DNA of 64,000 nt, taken from positions 248,001-312,000 of IMG/VR virus record IMGVR_UViG_3300032236_001850. One strand, 5' to 3'. This document shows positions 20,801-29,553 of the stretch, in pieces. The first letter of the stretch is position 1; each line of letters opens with the position of its first letter. A program made the translations under genes and the position numbers. The notes below the pieces were generated by a model. The model was not told where the DNA came from. It saw only the letters and a list, made by a program, of their open reading frames with translations, and did no database searches.

Positions 20801-21263
20801 TGACTTTACTAATGAGGATAGAGGAAATCTTGAACCTTTTGGTATCAATCCAATTATTAAAAGAAAAGGCATCGGTGTGGTTATATACGGTAACCAAACA
20901 GCTTATCAGCAAGTAAACTCAGCATTCAACCTAGTTCATGTTAGAGATTTGTTGATCAGTATTGAGAATGACGTTCAGGAGATATTAGCAAACTATCTTT
21001 TTGATTTCAATGAAGATTCAATAAGATTGGAGATTAAGACATTAGTTGATAACTATCTTGATGGAGTTAGATCAGGTGGTGGTATTTATGCTTACCAAAC
21101 GATAATGGACTCGTCAAATAACACTCCAGCTATTATAGACATGAATATGGGTATAATAGACATCATAATCGAACCTGCTAGAGGTATTCATAAATTCATC
21201 AATAGAATTACAGTTACCAGAACAGGTGGAATAGCTGCTGGAGGATTTATACAGTTCGTATAA
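17895..21263 (+). CDS. gp18: Contractile tail sheath protein (T4 gp18-like) with large insertion
   Basis: SGVYTLEFD, GFSNKGPFNTP, INPII, GNQT, NVRDL-like HVRDLL, FDFNE..IR, IEPARG. Confidence 0.92.
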   Translation: MANKVKIDYSQFRASGVYTLEFDASQNVILTSQTIRLVIGFSNKGPFNTPVYIPDATTMISIFGDIDASLENKGSFFHRSILTCLNAGPVFALNLLKLNDNLETSDPDMVTYRSFSVDTEEYNGEVTSELYSSYYNKERFWFADPNYFLATLSFADQGKLLSLTNLGKSPMSLIIRKSTDSTTPLLGYNIFAIDWYGANNVPTFMHPYDYISDYFIDVIAVYGNWTNYQALSVDPYWGATGLQMFTNNGFVKNKIDQFLANPNVSIVTSVTGCIIPDFVDLNGVNKYIQTLINNNTASTGLFCAIDEQAFDDLCNNPYRIDLVGNHLIDELSGDRDLPNPRINFLSYDQALEADYLYTQNVVGITGATGFVSPVGVTGFTKGAKVGTLFTIGGGTGATAGVYQGSFVTYDPNAYDTGMHYLLTKSITGTTGGILQNAAQKAALKSFLSVTSSDDEKFILGVVQGVAGLTGALISQFNEADIVKLKVTGTKDVSGELLIWWTHPLDTAQYRSQGVTVKPTYNLSTYNTGASGSNKPYYPNSYQFGNSDYFDIISLATPTGATGPGAPTGYTNSVVAYNASTFFQNHKYKEIVDGDSIWITPTGTPYEQYLGFQNTVDRDQFDLTYARAYSQQGTLDSSTIVNIADFGTSYASNNIGLPVSAQKLDIISQIGSINQFIDCTKLDVSKFTINTVNNVSPLSVGDWVVSTDLDICVPANGNRQSRLTKVKSVAQTGTPGLLKVETTRPVLYYSGVGGALRVQKFKSIPQFTTSFDFTFLKGFTMKERHRPNGTDARLNEILNVLYDTNIAKTLASKDVISFRYIVDTFSGIIGPESKSQYSRLAKMRQQALAIINAPSMAQFRASTDPRFTDAATASNPYPPLNTAYIADGGNLSLNPSYTFSLPTEEDGSKFCAFYSPYIVIRNGNKNLSVPPAAYVSNNFIRKFANGEPYAIVAGQKRGIISGGNIVGVEYDFTNEDRGNLEPFGINPIIKRKGIGVVIYGNQTAYQQVNSAFNLVHVRDLLISIENDVQEILANYLFDFNEDSIRLEIKTLVDNYLDGVRSGGGIYAYQTIMDSSNNTPAIIDMNMGIIDIIIEPARGIHKFINRITVTRTGGIAAGGFIQFV

Positions 21264-21303
21264 TTTTCGTTCTTTTGATCATCAAAGATAAATATAAGTA
21301 ATT

Positions 21304-21858
21304 ATGGCAGGACTATCACATTATCAAAACTCACTATCAGCAATAAACAAGTATGAACCTGTTTATCTGAACCAATTTGAAGTAACAATAATACCTCCAG
21401 CTGCTGTGGCAGGGGGTAGTATTTTGTTACAGCACGTTAGCAAAGTTAATGGACTTTCGTTAGATAAAAATCCAGGAACAGTTCAACAAAAATATAAATT
21501 TGCTAAAAGGAATTATGCGGGATCAAAGCCTGAAAATACCTTTATGGATCTTAGTATCACTTTCAGTGTCAACCTTAATGATGCGAATTCAATGTACGTT
21601 TTTAAAACATTAAGACAGTGGTCTGATTTGATCTATAATCCATTAACTGGAGCAATGGGTCTAAAAAACGATTACACAGGAAGTATAATCATCTCTGTTT
21701 TTAATAAAGCTGGTGACGTTTATAGAAGAATAACATGTAAAGATACGTTTCCGACTAAACCTATCTCGCCAATGAACTTGAACTATACAAGTACTGATCT
21801 ATATAAAATAGATGATATGGTGTTTGCGGTTGATTATTGGGACGATCTATTCCTATAA
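21304..21858 (+). CDS. gp19: Tail tube protein, copy 1 (T4 gp19-like)
   Basis: Follows sheath; EPVYLNQFEV...WSDLIYNP.TG.MG...DY...FP pattern. Confidence 0.85.
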   Translation: MAGLSHYQNSLSAINKYEPVYLNQFEVTIIPPAAVAGGSILLQHVSKVNGLSLDKNPGTVQQKYKFAKRNYAGSKPENTFMDLSITFSVNLNDANSMYVFKTLRQWSDLIYNPLTGAMGLKNDYTGSIIISVFNKAGDVYRRITCKDTFPTKPISPMNLNYTSTDLYKIDDMVFAVDYWDDLFL

Positions 21859-21872
21859 AATAAAAAACATAA

Positions 21873-22448
21873 ATGGCTGGATTACCACATTTTACAAATT
21901 CTCTTGCAGGTATAAATAATTTTGAGCCTGTATACCTTAATCAGTTTGAGGTACTGATAAGCCCACCTGCTGCTATTGTTTCAGCAAGTACGACTTTCCA
22001 TGGTGAGAGTATATTAACTCAACAGGCTAAATCCATAACTGGATTAGCTGTTGATATTGCTCCAGCACAAACGGTAAACCAAAACTATAAGTTTGCAACT
22101 AGAAGATATGCTGGGGGTGAACCTCAAACGAGTGATATGAATTTAACCATTGAATTCGAGGTTAACCTTAACAAGTCAAATTCTATGGAACTTTATAAAA
22201 TTCTTAGACAATGGTCTGATTTGATCTATAATCCATTAACTGGAGCAATGGGTCTAAAAAACGATTATGTTGGTTCCATACTTATCTCAATATTCAACAA
22301 ACAAGGGGACGTTTTCAGAAGAATAAGAATTCCTTCGTGTTTTATAAGTGAACCTATAAACGCTATGGATCTTGATTACGAAACTCCTGCTATCTATACT
22401 ATAAGAACTTCGTGGGTCTGTGATTATTGGGAAGATCTATTCCTATAA
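21873..22448 (+). CDS. gp19: Tail tube protein, copy 2 (paralogue)
   Basis: Same motifs as copy 1; 56-bp identical tract shared. Confidence 0.85.
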   Translation: MAGLPHFTNSLAGINNFEPVYLNQFEVLISPPAAIVSASTTFHGESILTQQAKSITGLAVDIAPAQTVNQNYKFATRRYAGGEPQTSDMNLTIEFEVNLNKSNSMELYKILRQWSDLIYNPLTGAMGLKNDYVGSILISIFNKQGDVFRRIRIPSCFISEPINAMDLDYETPAIYTIRTSWVCDYWEDLFL

Positions 22449-22466
22449 GAAATAAAATTTTAGAAG

Positions 22467-22492
22467 AAGGTCAAATTTTGACCTTTTTTTTT
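22467..22492 (+). terminator. Intrinsic terminator
   Basis: AAGGTCAA-att-TTGACCTT plus T-run. Confidence 0.75.
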
Positions 22493-22525
22493 GTGGTATG
22501 TTATATAGAATAAAATTAATTTTTT

Positions 22526-23638
22526 ATGAATAATATGGACATATCACCGGAAGAGATATTAAAAAGAAGAGAGGAACTGAGCGGAATCGTTTACGATGAT
22601 CCGGTAGAAGACGAAGAAGTTCCAGTAATAAATCAACCAGTATTAAATCAGGAACCAGAAATTGTAAAAACACAAGATCAACCAATTTTCAAACAACCTG
22701 AGGTATTATCAACTCTTGGTAATATAAATGACGGTAAACCGGAACCTGAACCAATTACATCATTTGGTAAAGCTCAATCTTACGCCGATTCACCATCATT
22801 CGATATCGGATGGAAGAATCTTCCTGTGGATCTGTTACCTTCTGGTGGACTATTTTATCCAAGTGGAACAAAAATAGCTATTAGAGCTGCTGAGGTTAAA
22901 GAGATAAGACACTTCTCTGCTATTGACGAGGACGATAGACTTGATATAGAGGAAAAACTTGGTTATATTATTGAAAGATGTCTCAGAATGGATTTTCCTG
23001 GTGAAGGTGTGGTTTCTTTTAAAGATCTTGTTCAGGAAGATAGATTTTTTGCAATTATGGCTATAAGGGATTTAACCTTTATAAATGGTGAAAATTCAAT
23101 TATACTCATGCCTAAAATAAAATGTGATGATAATGCTGAATGTCCATTTTCTAGAGGTATTGAATTAAGAACGGGAGCATTGAGATCCTATGATTTGGAT
23201 CCTCAGATAACAAAATATTATAATCCATCCAGTAGAAGTTTTACATTCGATGTTAAAAAAATAGGAAAAACAATAGAGATGACTGTACCTACTATAGGTA
23301 TAAATAGAGCTATTAGTGATTTTATAGTTTATTGTTCTGCAAGAAGTATAGATATAGATGAGGGATTTTTAAAAATAGCACCTTTCATTCTTAAAGAATG
23401 GAGAGGACTAACAAATGAAAAGATTCTAATGAGAATGAGAGAGGCTGATTATTGGTCCAAAGAGGAATATAGTTTATATTTTGGGCTTTCTGAGAAAATA
23501 AAGATCGGCACAGAGATTGACGTAAAACAAGTTTGTCCGGTTTGTGGTAAGGAGGTCACTGCGGACATTGCCTTTCCCTCAGGGCTCAGATCTCTTTTCG
23601 TTATTTCAGATATCTTTGGAGAATTACTTGGAAATTAA
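22526..23638 (+). CDS. Baseplate hub / tail assembly chaperone (T4 gp26-like)
   Basis: LLPSGGLFYP...IRAAEVKE, C-terminal CPVCG and FPSGLRSLF; lies between tube and tape-measure genes. Confidence 0.6.
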   Translation: MNNMDISPEEILKRREELSGIVYDDPVEDEEVPVINQPVLNQEPEIVKTQDQPIFKQPEVLSTLGNINDGKPEPEPITSFGKAQSYADSPSFDIGWKNLPVDLLPSGGLFYPSGTKIAIRAAEVKEIRHFSAIDEDDRLDIEEKLGYIIERCLRMDFPGEGVVSFKDLVQEDRFFAIMAIRDLTFINGENSIILMPKIKCDDNAECPFSRGIELRTGALRSYDLDPQITKYYNPSSRSFTFDVKKIGKTIEMTVPTIGINRAISDFIVYCSARSIDIDEGFLKIAPFILKEWRGLTNEKILMRMREADYWSKEEYSLYFGLSEKIKIGTEIDVKQVCPVCGKEVTADIAFPSGLRSLFVISDIFGELLGN

Positions 23639-23804
23639 ATTCAGATTGTTTTATGAGCACGATTTAGACATGAATTGGGTAGAGAATGTTCCATACTACG
23701 AATATCAAATATTTCTAGCTAATCTCAATAAAAAGATAGAGGCTGAAAATCTGGAGAGTCAGGAAAGCGAAGGTCTTAAACAGCTATTCAACTTTTCCAA
23801 GTAA
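23544..23804 (+). CDS. T4 gp51-like hub assembly protein; start unclear, overlaps previous gene in +1 frame
   Basis: SLENYLEIKFRLFYEHDLDMNWVENVPYYEYQIFL resembles gp51-like SLENYY..NF.LM.HH..SL.EIE.M.PWE..IY. Confidence 0.55.
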   Translation: MVRRSLRTLPFPQGSDLFSLFQISLENYLEIKFRLFYEHDLDMNWVENVPYYEYQIFLANLNKKIEAENLESQESEGLKQLFNFSK

Positions 23805-23811
23805 ATTTTAA

Positions 23812-23819
23812 AATATATA
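23812..23819 (+). promoter_or_regulatory. Putative late promoter (AATATATA)
   Basis: Upstream of ATG 23832. Confidence 0.45.
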
Positions 23820-23831
23820 GAATAAACCTAA

Positions 23832-25406
23832 ATGGCTACAGACCAAAAACTTGTTGCTCAATTATTAGATCTTAGCAGAAATGTAGAGAAACTTTCTGGT
23901 GAGATAAAAAAGAATACAAGTGTAAATAAGGACCTAGTAAAATCCGATGCAGCAGAAACAAAATCTCCTGTTGAATCTAAGGATGCAGCAAAGATAGCGG
24001 AAGGATTAAAATCTCTTGATTTTAAGGGTCTTAAGGATGAATTTAAAGGACTTAAAGATGGATTAAAGGGTATAGATAAGCTTGACTTTAAAGGCCTTGA
24101 AAATGGTCTTAAAAGTCTTGATTTCAAAGGCCTTGAAAAAGGATTGAAAGGTTTAGATTTTAAAGGTCTTGAAGCTGGTTTAAAAGGATTTGATGTAAAG
24201 AGTATTACAGAATCATTTAAGGGCATCAGTGATCTCAAAAATATTGATATTGGTGGGATTACTAAAAACCTTGCTTCTGGCGGAGGAGTTAAGGATCTCA
24301 TATCTGGATCGATTGGTAATCTAGGAAAGGGACTTCTTGGCGGATTTGCAAGCGGAGGTGTTGTTAAAAATCCTGGTGCTTATTTAGTGGGAGAAAAAGG
24401 TCCAGAGATTGCTAATCTTCCAAAGGATGCCACTGTAATACCCAATGATAAAACTGAGGCCATTTTATCCGGAAATCCATCGTCAATAAATGCTAAGCTT
24501 AAAGCAAAGAATGGTACACAATATCCATCCAAGGAAGAAATAGAAGCAAAGAAAAGTGAACTTTTAAAAAGTGATCCAATTTTCTATTCTGATCCTACTG
24601 AACTCAATGATGAACTTGAGTATTACATTAATAATTATAAAGCAGTTAAACAATTAGATGCTTACAACAAAGGAGGTTTAGAACAGCTTGGTAAAAGTAC
24701 AGCTAAACCAGCAACAGAACAAACATCTGAGGTTAAAAAAACTGCAGATGAGTTAACAAAAGTTAATCCAATTCAAAATAAAAAAGAAACCAAGGCTGAG
24801 TCAGTCGAGAAAAAACCTGGACTTTTTTCCAAAATATTTTCCAAAGAAAATATTAAAAATATTGGGGGTAAGATTGAAGCAGGTGCAGCTGGTTTATTAG
24901 GTGGTGGATTAAAAGATAAGCTAACTGGTACATTGAAGGGATCTGCAGAATCATTGATTAATAAGGAAAGTTTAGGAATACCAGATTTTGCTAAAAGCTC
25001 GTTAGCATCGGGTCTTTCATTTCTCAATAAAGAACCAAAAAAACAGTCTGCTGATCTTGGTATTGCTGTGCCTGATATCAAACAGAATTTACCGTCTCTT
25101 TCTAATCTACCGATAGTAAAACCTAAAAATGAGCCTGTACAAAAAAATGAGCCACAAGCACCTGTTGCTAAAGCCGCGCCAGTAAATGATGCTCAGACAA
25201 ATCCGGTCGCAAGCGCTCCCGCGGGAGAAACAGAGTCTCCAGGTAGCAATATTACGGAAACGAAATCACAGGCAGAGTCACCAATAACAAAAAAAGATAT
25301 AGATACAATAATTTCCTTACTTTCCAGAATGGGATCTCTATTGGAAGGACCACTGAGCGTGGCATCTCTAGATTCTCCTTTTAGACCAGATTCCAGAAGA
25401 ATTTAA
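23832..25406 (+). CDS. Tape-measure-like tail protein
   Basis: 11-aa repeats GLK(S/G)LDFKGLE; GFASGGVV...LVGEKGPE motif common in tape-measure proteins; position after the chaperones. Confidence 0.6.
   Translation: MATDQKLVAQLLDLSRNVEKLSGEIKKNTSVNKDLVKSDAAETKSPVESKDAAKIAEGLKSLDFKGLKDEFKGLKDGLKGIDKLDFKGLENGLKSLDFKGLEKGLKGLDFKGLEAGLKGFDVKSITESFKGISDLKNIDIGGITKNLASGGGVKDLISGSIGNLGKGLLGGFASGGVVKNPGAYLVGEKGPEIANLPKDATVIPNDKTEAILSGNPSSINAKLKAKNGTQYPSKEEIEAKKSELLKSDPIFYSDPTELNDELEYYINNYKAVKQLDAYNKGGLEQLGKSTAKPATEQTSEVKKTADELTKVNPIQNKKETKAESVEKKPGLFSKIFSKENIKNIGGKIEAGAAGLLGGGLKDKLTGTLKGSAESLINKESLGIPDFAKSSLASGLSFLNKEPKKQSADLGIAVPDIKQNLPSLSNLPIVKPKNEPVQKNEPQAPVAKAAPVNDAQTNPVASAPAGETESPGSNITETKSQAESPITKKDIDTIISLLSRMGSLLEGPLSVASLDSPFRPDSRRI
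24002..24195 (+). repeat. Coding 33-bp (11-aa) amphipathic repeats
   Basis: GLKSLDFKGLK / LDFKGLEN / GLKSLDFKGLEK / GLKGLDFKGLEA. Confidence 0.8.
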
Positions 25407-25435
25407 AAATAATTCAAAAATAATTCAAAAATTAT

Positions 25436-25466
25436 TTTTTTATCCCGTATTTTTAATTTATATTTG
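25436..25466 (+). promoter_or_regulatory. Putative early promoter, Bacteroidota-type TAnnTTTG
   Basis: TTTTTTATCCCG then TATATTTG at 25459-25466, upstream of dCMP deaminase and ECF sigma. Confidence 0.6.
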
Positions 25467-25488
25467 TAGGTAATAAAAATTGTTCCCT

Positions 25489-26043
25489 ATGAAATTTGAA
25501 ATCTACCGAGATACCTCATTTATAACTGAGGATTTTCTCAAAAAACCTACCTGGAAAATTAAGAAAAATAAACTTGAGAATTATTTCGAGGTTTATTTTT
25601 CTGAATCAATAAATTCTAAGCTTGACTCAGAACCTAGAGAACACCAGAAGGACTCGATATACATGGAGATGTCCCAGGTGTGGGCTAAAAATTCTAAATG
25701 TAAGAGAATGCAGGTTGGATCCTTGATAGTTAAGGATAAATCTATCATATCCGATGGATATAATGGTTCACCCAGTGGATTCCCTAATATCTGTGAGGTT
25801 GATGATGTTACCCTACCTTATGTGCTTCATGCTGAAGCTAACGCAATAACAAAATTAGCCAGAGGAACTCAAAGTTCCGATGGCTCGACATTATATGTAA
25901 CCTTATCTCCCTGTTACGAATGTTCAAAACTCATAATACAATCAGGAATCAAGAGGGTTGTATTTTCAGAAATTTATAGAAAGCCAGAATCAATATCTTT
26001 TCTTGCTGAAGCCGGAATAGAGATTTTAAGAAAACCCAAATAA
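25489..26043 (+). CDS. dCMP deaminase (ATG 25489 preferred over TTG 25480)
   Basis: CKRMQVG, GYNGSPSG, HAEANAI, PCYECSKLIIQSGI. Confidence 0.92.
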   Translation: MKFEIYRDTSFITEDFLKKPTWKIKKNKLENYFEVYFSESINSKLDSEPREHQKDSIYMEMSQVWAKNSKCKRMQVGSLIVKDKSIISDGYNGSPSGFPNICEVDDVTLPYVLHAEANAITKLARGTQSSDGSTLYVTLSPCYECSKLIIQSGIKRVVFSEIYRKPESISFLAEAGIEILRKPK

Positions 26044-26044
26044 T

Positions 26045-26713
26045 ATGCAAGGAAAAGAAAAAAATATACAAAAATTAGCAAGTGAATTTATAAAACATAG
26101 AAATGACAGATCCTTTAGAAATCTATTTGAAAGATTAAAACCTGGTATATTAAATCATTGTTTTTTAATAGTAAAAGATCCTTCTCTTGCGGAGGATGCT
26201 TTTTTGAACACCATGTCAAAGATCTGGCAAAAGATAGATCAATATAATGACGAGAGAGGTAATTTTTCAACCTGGTGTTACAACATAGCAAGGAATGAAA
26301 CTTTACTTCTAATGAAGGAGGAAAAGAAGTATAATGCAAGAACAAGTCTGGAGATGGAATTTTTCTCTTCTAATAATGAAGTAGGTGATATTGGTGGAAC
26401 CTACAGCATGGAGGAGGATCAGACAAATTCTTTTTTCAACGAAACAAGTAAATTTGATGAAATATATGGTTCTGTTATAGATGAAATAGAAGGACTTCCG
26501 GATCTTTATAAGAATATTATGATTGATAGGGAGATCAATAATATGAAATATAAAGATATAGCTGAAAAATATGATTTAAAGAAAAGATCAGTAGCAACAA
26601 GAATTAGAAGGGCTAGAAGCAAAATTACAAAGAATGTTGGTACGGAAGCTGTTGAAATTATAACAGGTAAAAGCAGAAACGTTACGAGAAATTCAACATC
26701 AAAGAAACTTTAA
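26045..26713 (+). CDS. ECF-type sigma70 factor
   Basis: Region 2 AEDAF...IWQKIDQY...FSTWCYNIARN; region 4 LPD...KYKDIAEKYDL...VATRIRRAR. Confidence 0.88.
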   Translation: MQGKEKNIQKLASEFIKHRNDRSFRNLFERLKPGILNHCFLIVKDPSLAEDAFLNTMSKIWQKIDQYNDERGNFSTWCYNIARNETLLLMKEEKKYNARTSLEMEFFSSNNEVGDIGGTYSMEEDQTNSFFNETSKFDEIYGSVIDEIEGLPDLYKNIMIDREINNMKYKDIAEKYDLKKRSVATRIRRARSKITKNVGTEAVEIITGKSRNVTRNSTSKKL

Positions 26714-26745
26714 GTGATTTTTTCTGTATAAAATAATAAATTGTT

Positions 26746-27192
26746 ATGTTTAAATTGCATAGAGTAATTAAAGAAATAGCACTATATAGAGAATTTACTA
26801 AACAGATAAAATCTGAGGAACTCAATTCACCTTCATGGAGTAGAAGAAATTTAAGAAGAGATTATTTGAATAGAATATACACTGTGGTAAATCTACCACC
26901 TGAGGTTCTCCTGTCTAATGATCTACCAAAGGAAGCTAGACCTTCTTTCGTTCTTAATGAGATAAAACCAATAAACGATTATCTAAAATCTTTAAATCTA
27001 GAAGAAATACTGACACTTTGGATAGATCCAGTTAAAGGTACAAATGAGGAATCATATCTAGTTGTCTACCAGTTTGTTTTTAGAGAAATAAGTTGGTTAT
27101 GGATATTTAGATTTATTATCGAGCTTGGTGTTATTGGGTTTGCCGTTATAAAATGGCCATGGATTTCTAATCTATTACACCTTCCATGGTAG
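26746..27192 (+). CDS. Hypothetical protein with C-terminal membrane anchor
   Basis: Hydrophobic WLWIFRFIIELGVIGFAVIKW. Confidence 0.65.
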   Translation: MFKLHRVIKEIALYREFTKQIKSEELNSPSWSRRNLRRDYLNRIYTVVNLPPEVLLSNDLPKEARPSFVLNEIKPINDYLKSLNLEEILTLWIDPVKGTNEESYLVVYQFVFREISWLWIFRFIIELGVIGFAVIKWPWISNLLHLPW

Positions 27193-27998
27193 AGGCAATA
27201 GAGAAGGCAAGACTTGAGATAAATGCCAAGCTAAAGTTTTTTGAAGATAATAAATTCAATTTTGATGAGCCCAGTCATGTTTATAGATATAATGGAGTAA
27301 AGTTTGATTCTGTTACTACATATCTTAAAACATTTAAAACTCCGTTTGACAAGGAATATTGGTCCAAGAAGAAAGCTAGGGAGCAAGGAGTCGATCAATC
27401 CGTTATATTGAACGAATGGAAAAAGAAAGGAGATGTTGCTAATGATCTTGGAACAAGAGTACATAAATTTATAGAGGATTTCTGGAGTGGATTAAATCCT
27501 GAATTACCGGAGGAGGGAACTGAATATAGAACAAGAGTTGATAAATTTTTGGATTTATATAACAGAAAATTCCATTCTCTCGTCCCTTTAAAATCTGAAT
27601 TAAGAATATTTTCTAAGAAGTGGAGACTAGCAGGAACCATAGATCAACCATTTCTTTTTTGGGATTCTAAAAGAAATAGAGTACTCTTTATATTGGGTGA
27701 TTGGAAAACGAATGGTGAATTTAAGGATGACAACCATCCTAAGGGAAAATACAAAAAGCTTCTTAGACCATTTACATTCCTTTATGAAAATCACCATAAT
27801 GAGTATTCCATTCAAATATCCCTTTATAGATTAATATTGGAAGAAGAATTGGGTATAGAAACAGAGAGCGGATTTTTGTGTCATATTGGACCTGATGATG
27901 AGCCCAAAATATATCCTGCTAAAGATCTAAGAGAACCGTTAAAGGCATATTTGGATCAAAATAGATGTAATAATCTTGATATTTTTGATCTAGCATAG
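27186..27998 (+). CDS. PD-(D/E)XK exonuclease (lambda-exo/Cas4-like fold)
   Basis: SVTT, GTRVH, E-LRIF, AGTID, DWKT, Y..Q..LY motifs. Confidence 0.8.
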   Translation: MVEAIEKARLEINAKLKFFEDNKFNFDEPSHVYRYNGVKFDSVTTYLKTFKTPFDKEYWSKKKAREQGVDQSVILNEWKKKGDVANDLGTRVHKFIEDFWSGLNPELPEEGTEYRTRVDKFLDLYNRKFHSLVPLKSELRIFSKKWRLAGTIDQPFLFWDSKRNRVLFILGDWKTNGEFKDDNHPKGKYKKLLRPFTFLYENHHNEYSIQISLYRLILEEELGIETESGFLCHIGPDDEPKIYPAKDLREPLKAYLDQNRCNNLDIFDLA

Positions 27999-28024
27999 AA
28001 ACAAAAAATAAAAATCAACTAAAA
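27998..28024 (+). promoter_or_regulatory. Putative middle promoter GAAAC...AACTAAAA
   Basis: Shared motif class upstream of 28046. Confidence 0.45.
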
Positions 28025-28045
28025 ATATAAAATATAAAAACTATT

Positions 28046-28573
28046 ATGTCAAAACAAGGTAAAAAATTAGAAAAAATTGAGGCTATAAATGATGGCCCTG
28101 ACGCATCATCAGCTGTTGATTTTAACGATACAGATTTTGTTAGTACTCTTGATGATGCTTTAATTAAAGAATTAAAAGAAAAGCTTGAGAATAAAAAATC
28201 GGAAATCAGAACTAAAGTTTATGCTGTTTCTTGTACTAAAGAGATTTTCTCTCTATATAGCGACTTCATAAAAAATAAAGCTGAATGGGCTTCCACTGAA
28301 GCTCTTGGTATCATCCAAATCAACAAGGAGATTCAAAAAATTGAGAAAGACGGAATAAAAGATAATGTTATCTTTTTAGGAGCTCTTCCTCTTGAGGCTA
28401 GTCACTATTTCATATCTAAATCTAAAGGTATAGGAGTTGATAGTGCAACTGAATTTATTACACTTTATAAAGCTTTTGATCAGGCACTTTCTGATGCTAA
28501 GAAAGATGCAACAGAGGTTAAGGAGATTGAATCTCAGCTTAATGCAGCAATGCAAGGTGTATCATTGGGATAA
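28046..28573 (+). CDS. Hypothetical protein
   Basis: 175-aa ORF followed by terminator. Confidence 0.7.
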   Translation: MSKQGKKLEKIEAINDGPDASSAVDFNDTDFVSTLDDALIKELKEKLENKKSEIRTKVYAVSCTKEIFSLYSDFIKNKAEWASTEALGIIQINKEIQKIEKDGIKDNVIFLGALPLEASHYFISKSKGIGVDSATEFITLYKAFDQALSDAKKDATEVKEIESQLNAAMQGVSLG

Positions 28574-28593
28574 TAACAACACATACAAAAAAT

Positions 28594-28620
28594 AAAGCTA
28601 GGTTATCCTAGCTTTTTTTG
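28594..28620 (+). terminator. Intrinsic terminator
   Basis: AAAGCTAGG-ttat-CCTAGCTTT plus T-run. Confidence 0.8.
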
Positions 28621-28634
28621 TGATTATTTTTTTG

Positions 28635-28642
28635 GATATATA
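28635..28642 (+). promoter_or_regulatory. Putative late promoter GATATATA
   Basis: Upstream of ATG 28669. Confidence 0.55.
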
Positions 28643-28668
28643 AAAAATAAACATTTAAACTTGTGAAG

Positions 28669-28944
28669 ATGAACAAATTTTTAAACGAAAACGGAAACAA
28701 AATAATTATAGGACTTCTGATTCTGATATTTTTTAAGTCGTGTTTTAATGGCAGTGACATTAAATCAATAAGAAAGGAATTATCAAAAGTTGAATCTAAG
28801 GTTGATACATTAGCTACAAAAAAAGATATCACAATAGAGGGTCTTAGAGTTGAAAAAAGAATGATACAGTCCACTGACAGAAAAATACTTGATGTTAATA
28901 GACAAAGCGAGATTGACAAGGAAATATCTAGATTAAATAAATAA
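28669..28944 (+). CDS. Small membrane or lipoprotein-like protein with coiled coil
   Basis: MNKF...IIIGLLILIFFKSC followed by a heptad region. Confidence 0.6.
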   Translation: MNKFLNENGNKIIIGLLILIFFKSCFNGSDIKSIRKELSKVESKVDTLATKKDITIEGLRVEKRMIQSTDRKILDVNRQSEIDKEISRLNK

Positions 28945-29553
28945 TTGATGGAAAATAGGAGCAAACTGGTTAGAGGATTTGTTATAACTACATTTGTACT
29001 TTTATATCTGATTGTTTCCATCATTTCAACAATACATGTTATAGATTTCTTTAAATTGTCAAATCCTGAATGGCTTGCTATATCATTAGCATTGGCATTT
29101 GAGGTTGGTGCTGCTGCATCATTAGCTTCTTTGGTTGTTTTACATAAGATGAACAAATTTATAGTTTGGAGTCTTTTTATATTATTAACATTGGTACAAG
29201 CGATGGGTAATACATACTACGCTTATTCACATCTTGCCAATTTTAATAAATGGATAGAACTATTTGGTCTTGTTGATGAGGATGTAATCTATCAGAAAAG
29301 AATACTTTCTATAATAAGCGGTGCAATATTACCATTGGTTTCTTTGGGTTTTATTAAATCCCTTGTCGATTACATAAGACCGGAAGAACAAATGGAAAAT
29401 CAAATTGAGAATAGCGAACCTGAAGTTTTGGAAGATTCCCACAAGATAGAAGATATCGTGGATATAGAAAATCCACAGGAGAAAAAGATTACACCACTGA
29501 GAGATATGGTTTACACAGAAGCTCCACATATAGATCCAACTCTTCTTAGATAA
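28945..29553 (+). CDS. Integral membrane protein, about four TM helices
   Basis: Four hydrophobic segments in the N-terminal 140 aa. Confidence 0.7.
   Translation: MMENRSKLVRGFVITTFVLLYLIVSIISTIHVIDFFKLSNPEWLAISLALAFEVGAAASLASLVVLHKMNKFIVWSLFILLTLVQAMGNTYYAYSHLANFNKWIELFGLVDEDVIYQKRILSIISGAILPLVSLGFIKSLVDYIRPEEQMENQIENSEPEVLEDSHKIEDIVDIENPQEKKITPLRDMVYTEAPHIDPTLLR

Noticed and set aside
25405-25440. AAAAATAATTC direct repeat and inverted AATTATTTTT upstream of the early promoter
   Set aside because: Low-complexity A/T sequence; cannot be separated from chance or a weak terminator
27186-27998. Cas4-like nuclease as part of a CRISPR system
   Set aside because: No array or other cas genes; the cysteine cluster of Cas4 is not evident; stand-alone PD-(D/E)XK nucleases are common in phages
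28608-29156. 182-aa minus-strand ORF
   Set aside because: Antisense shadow of two + strand genes that have promoter and terminator support
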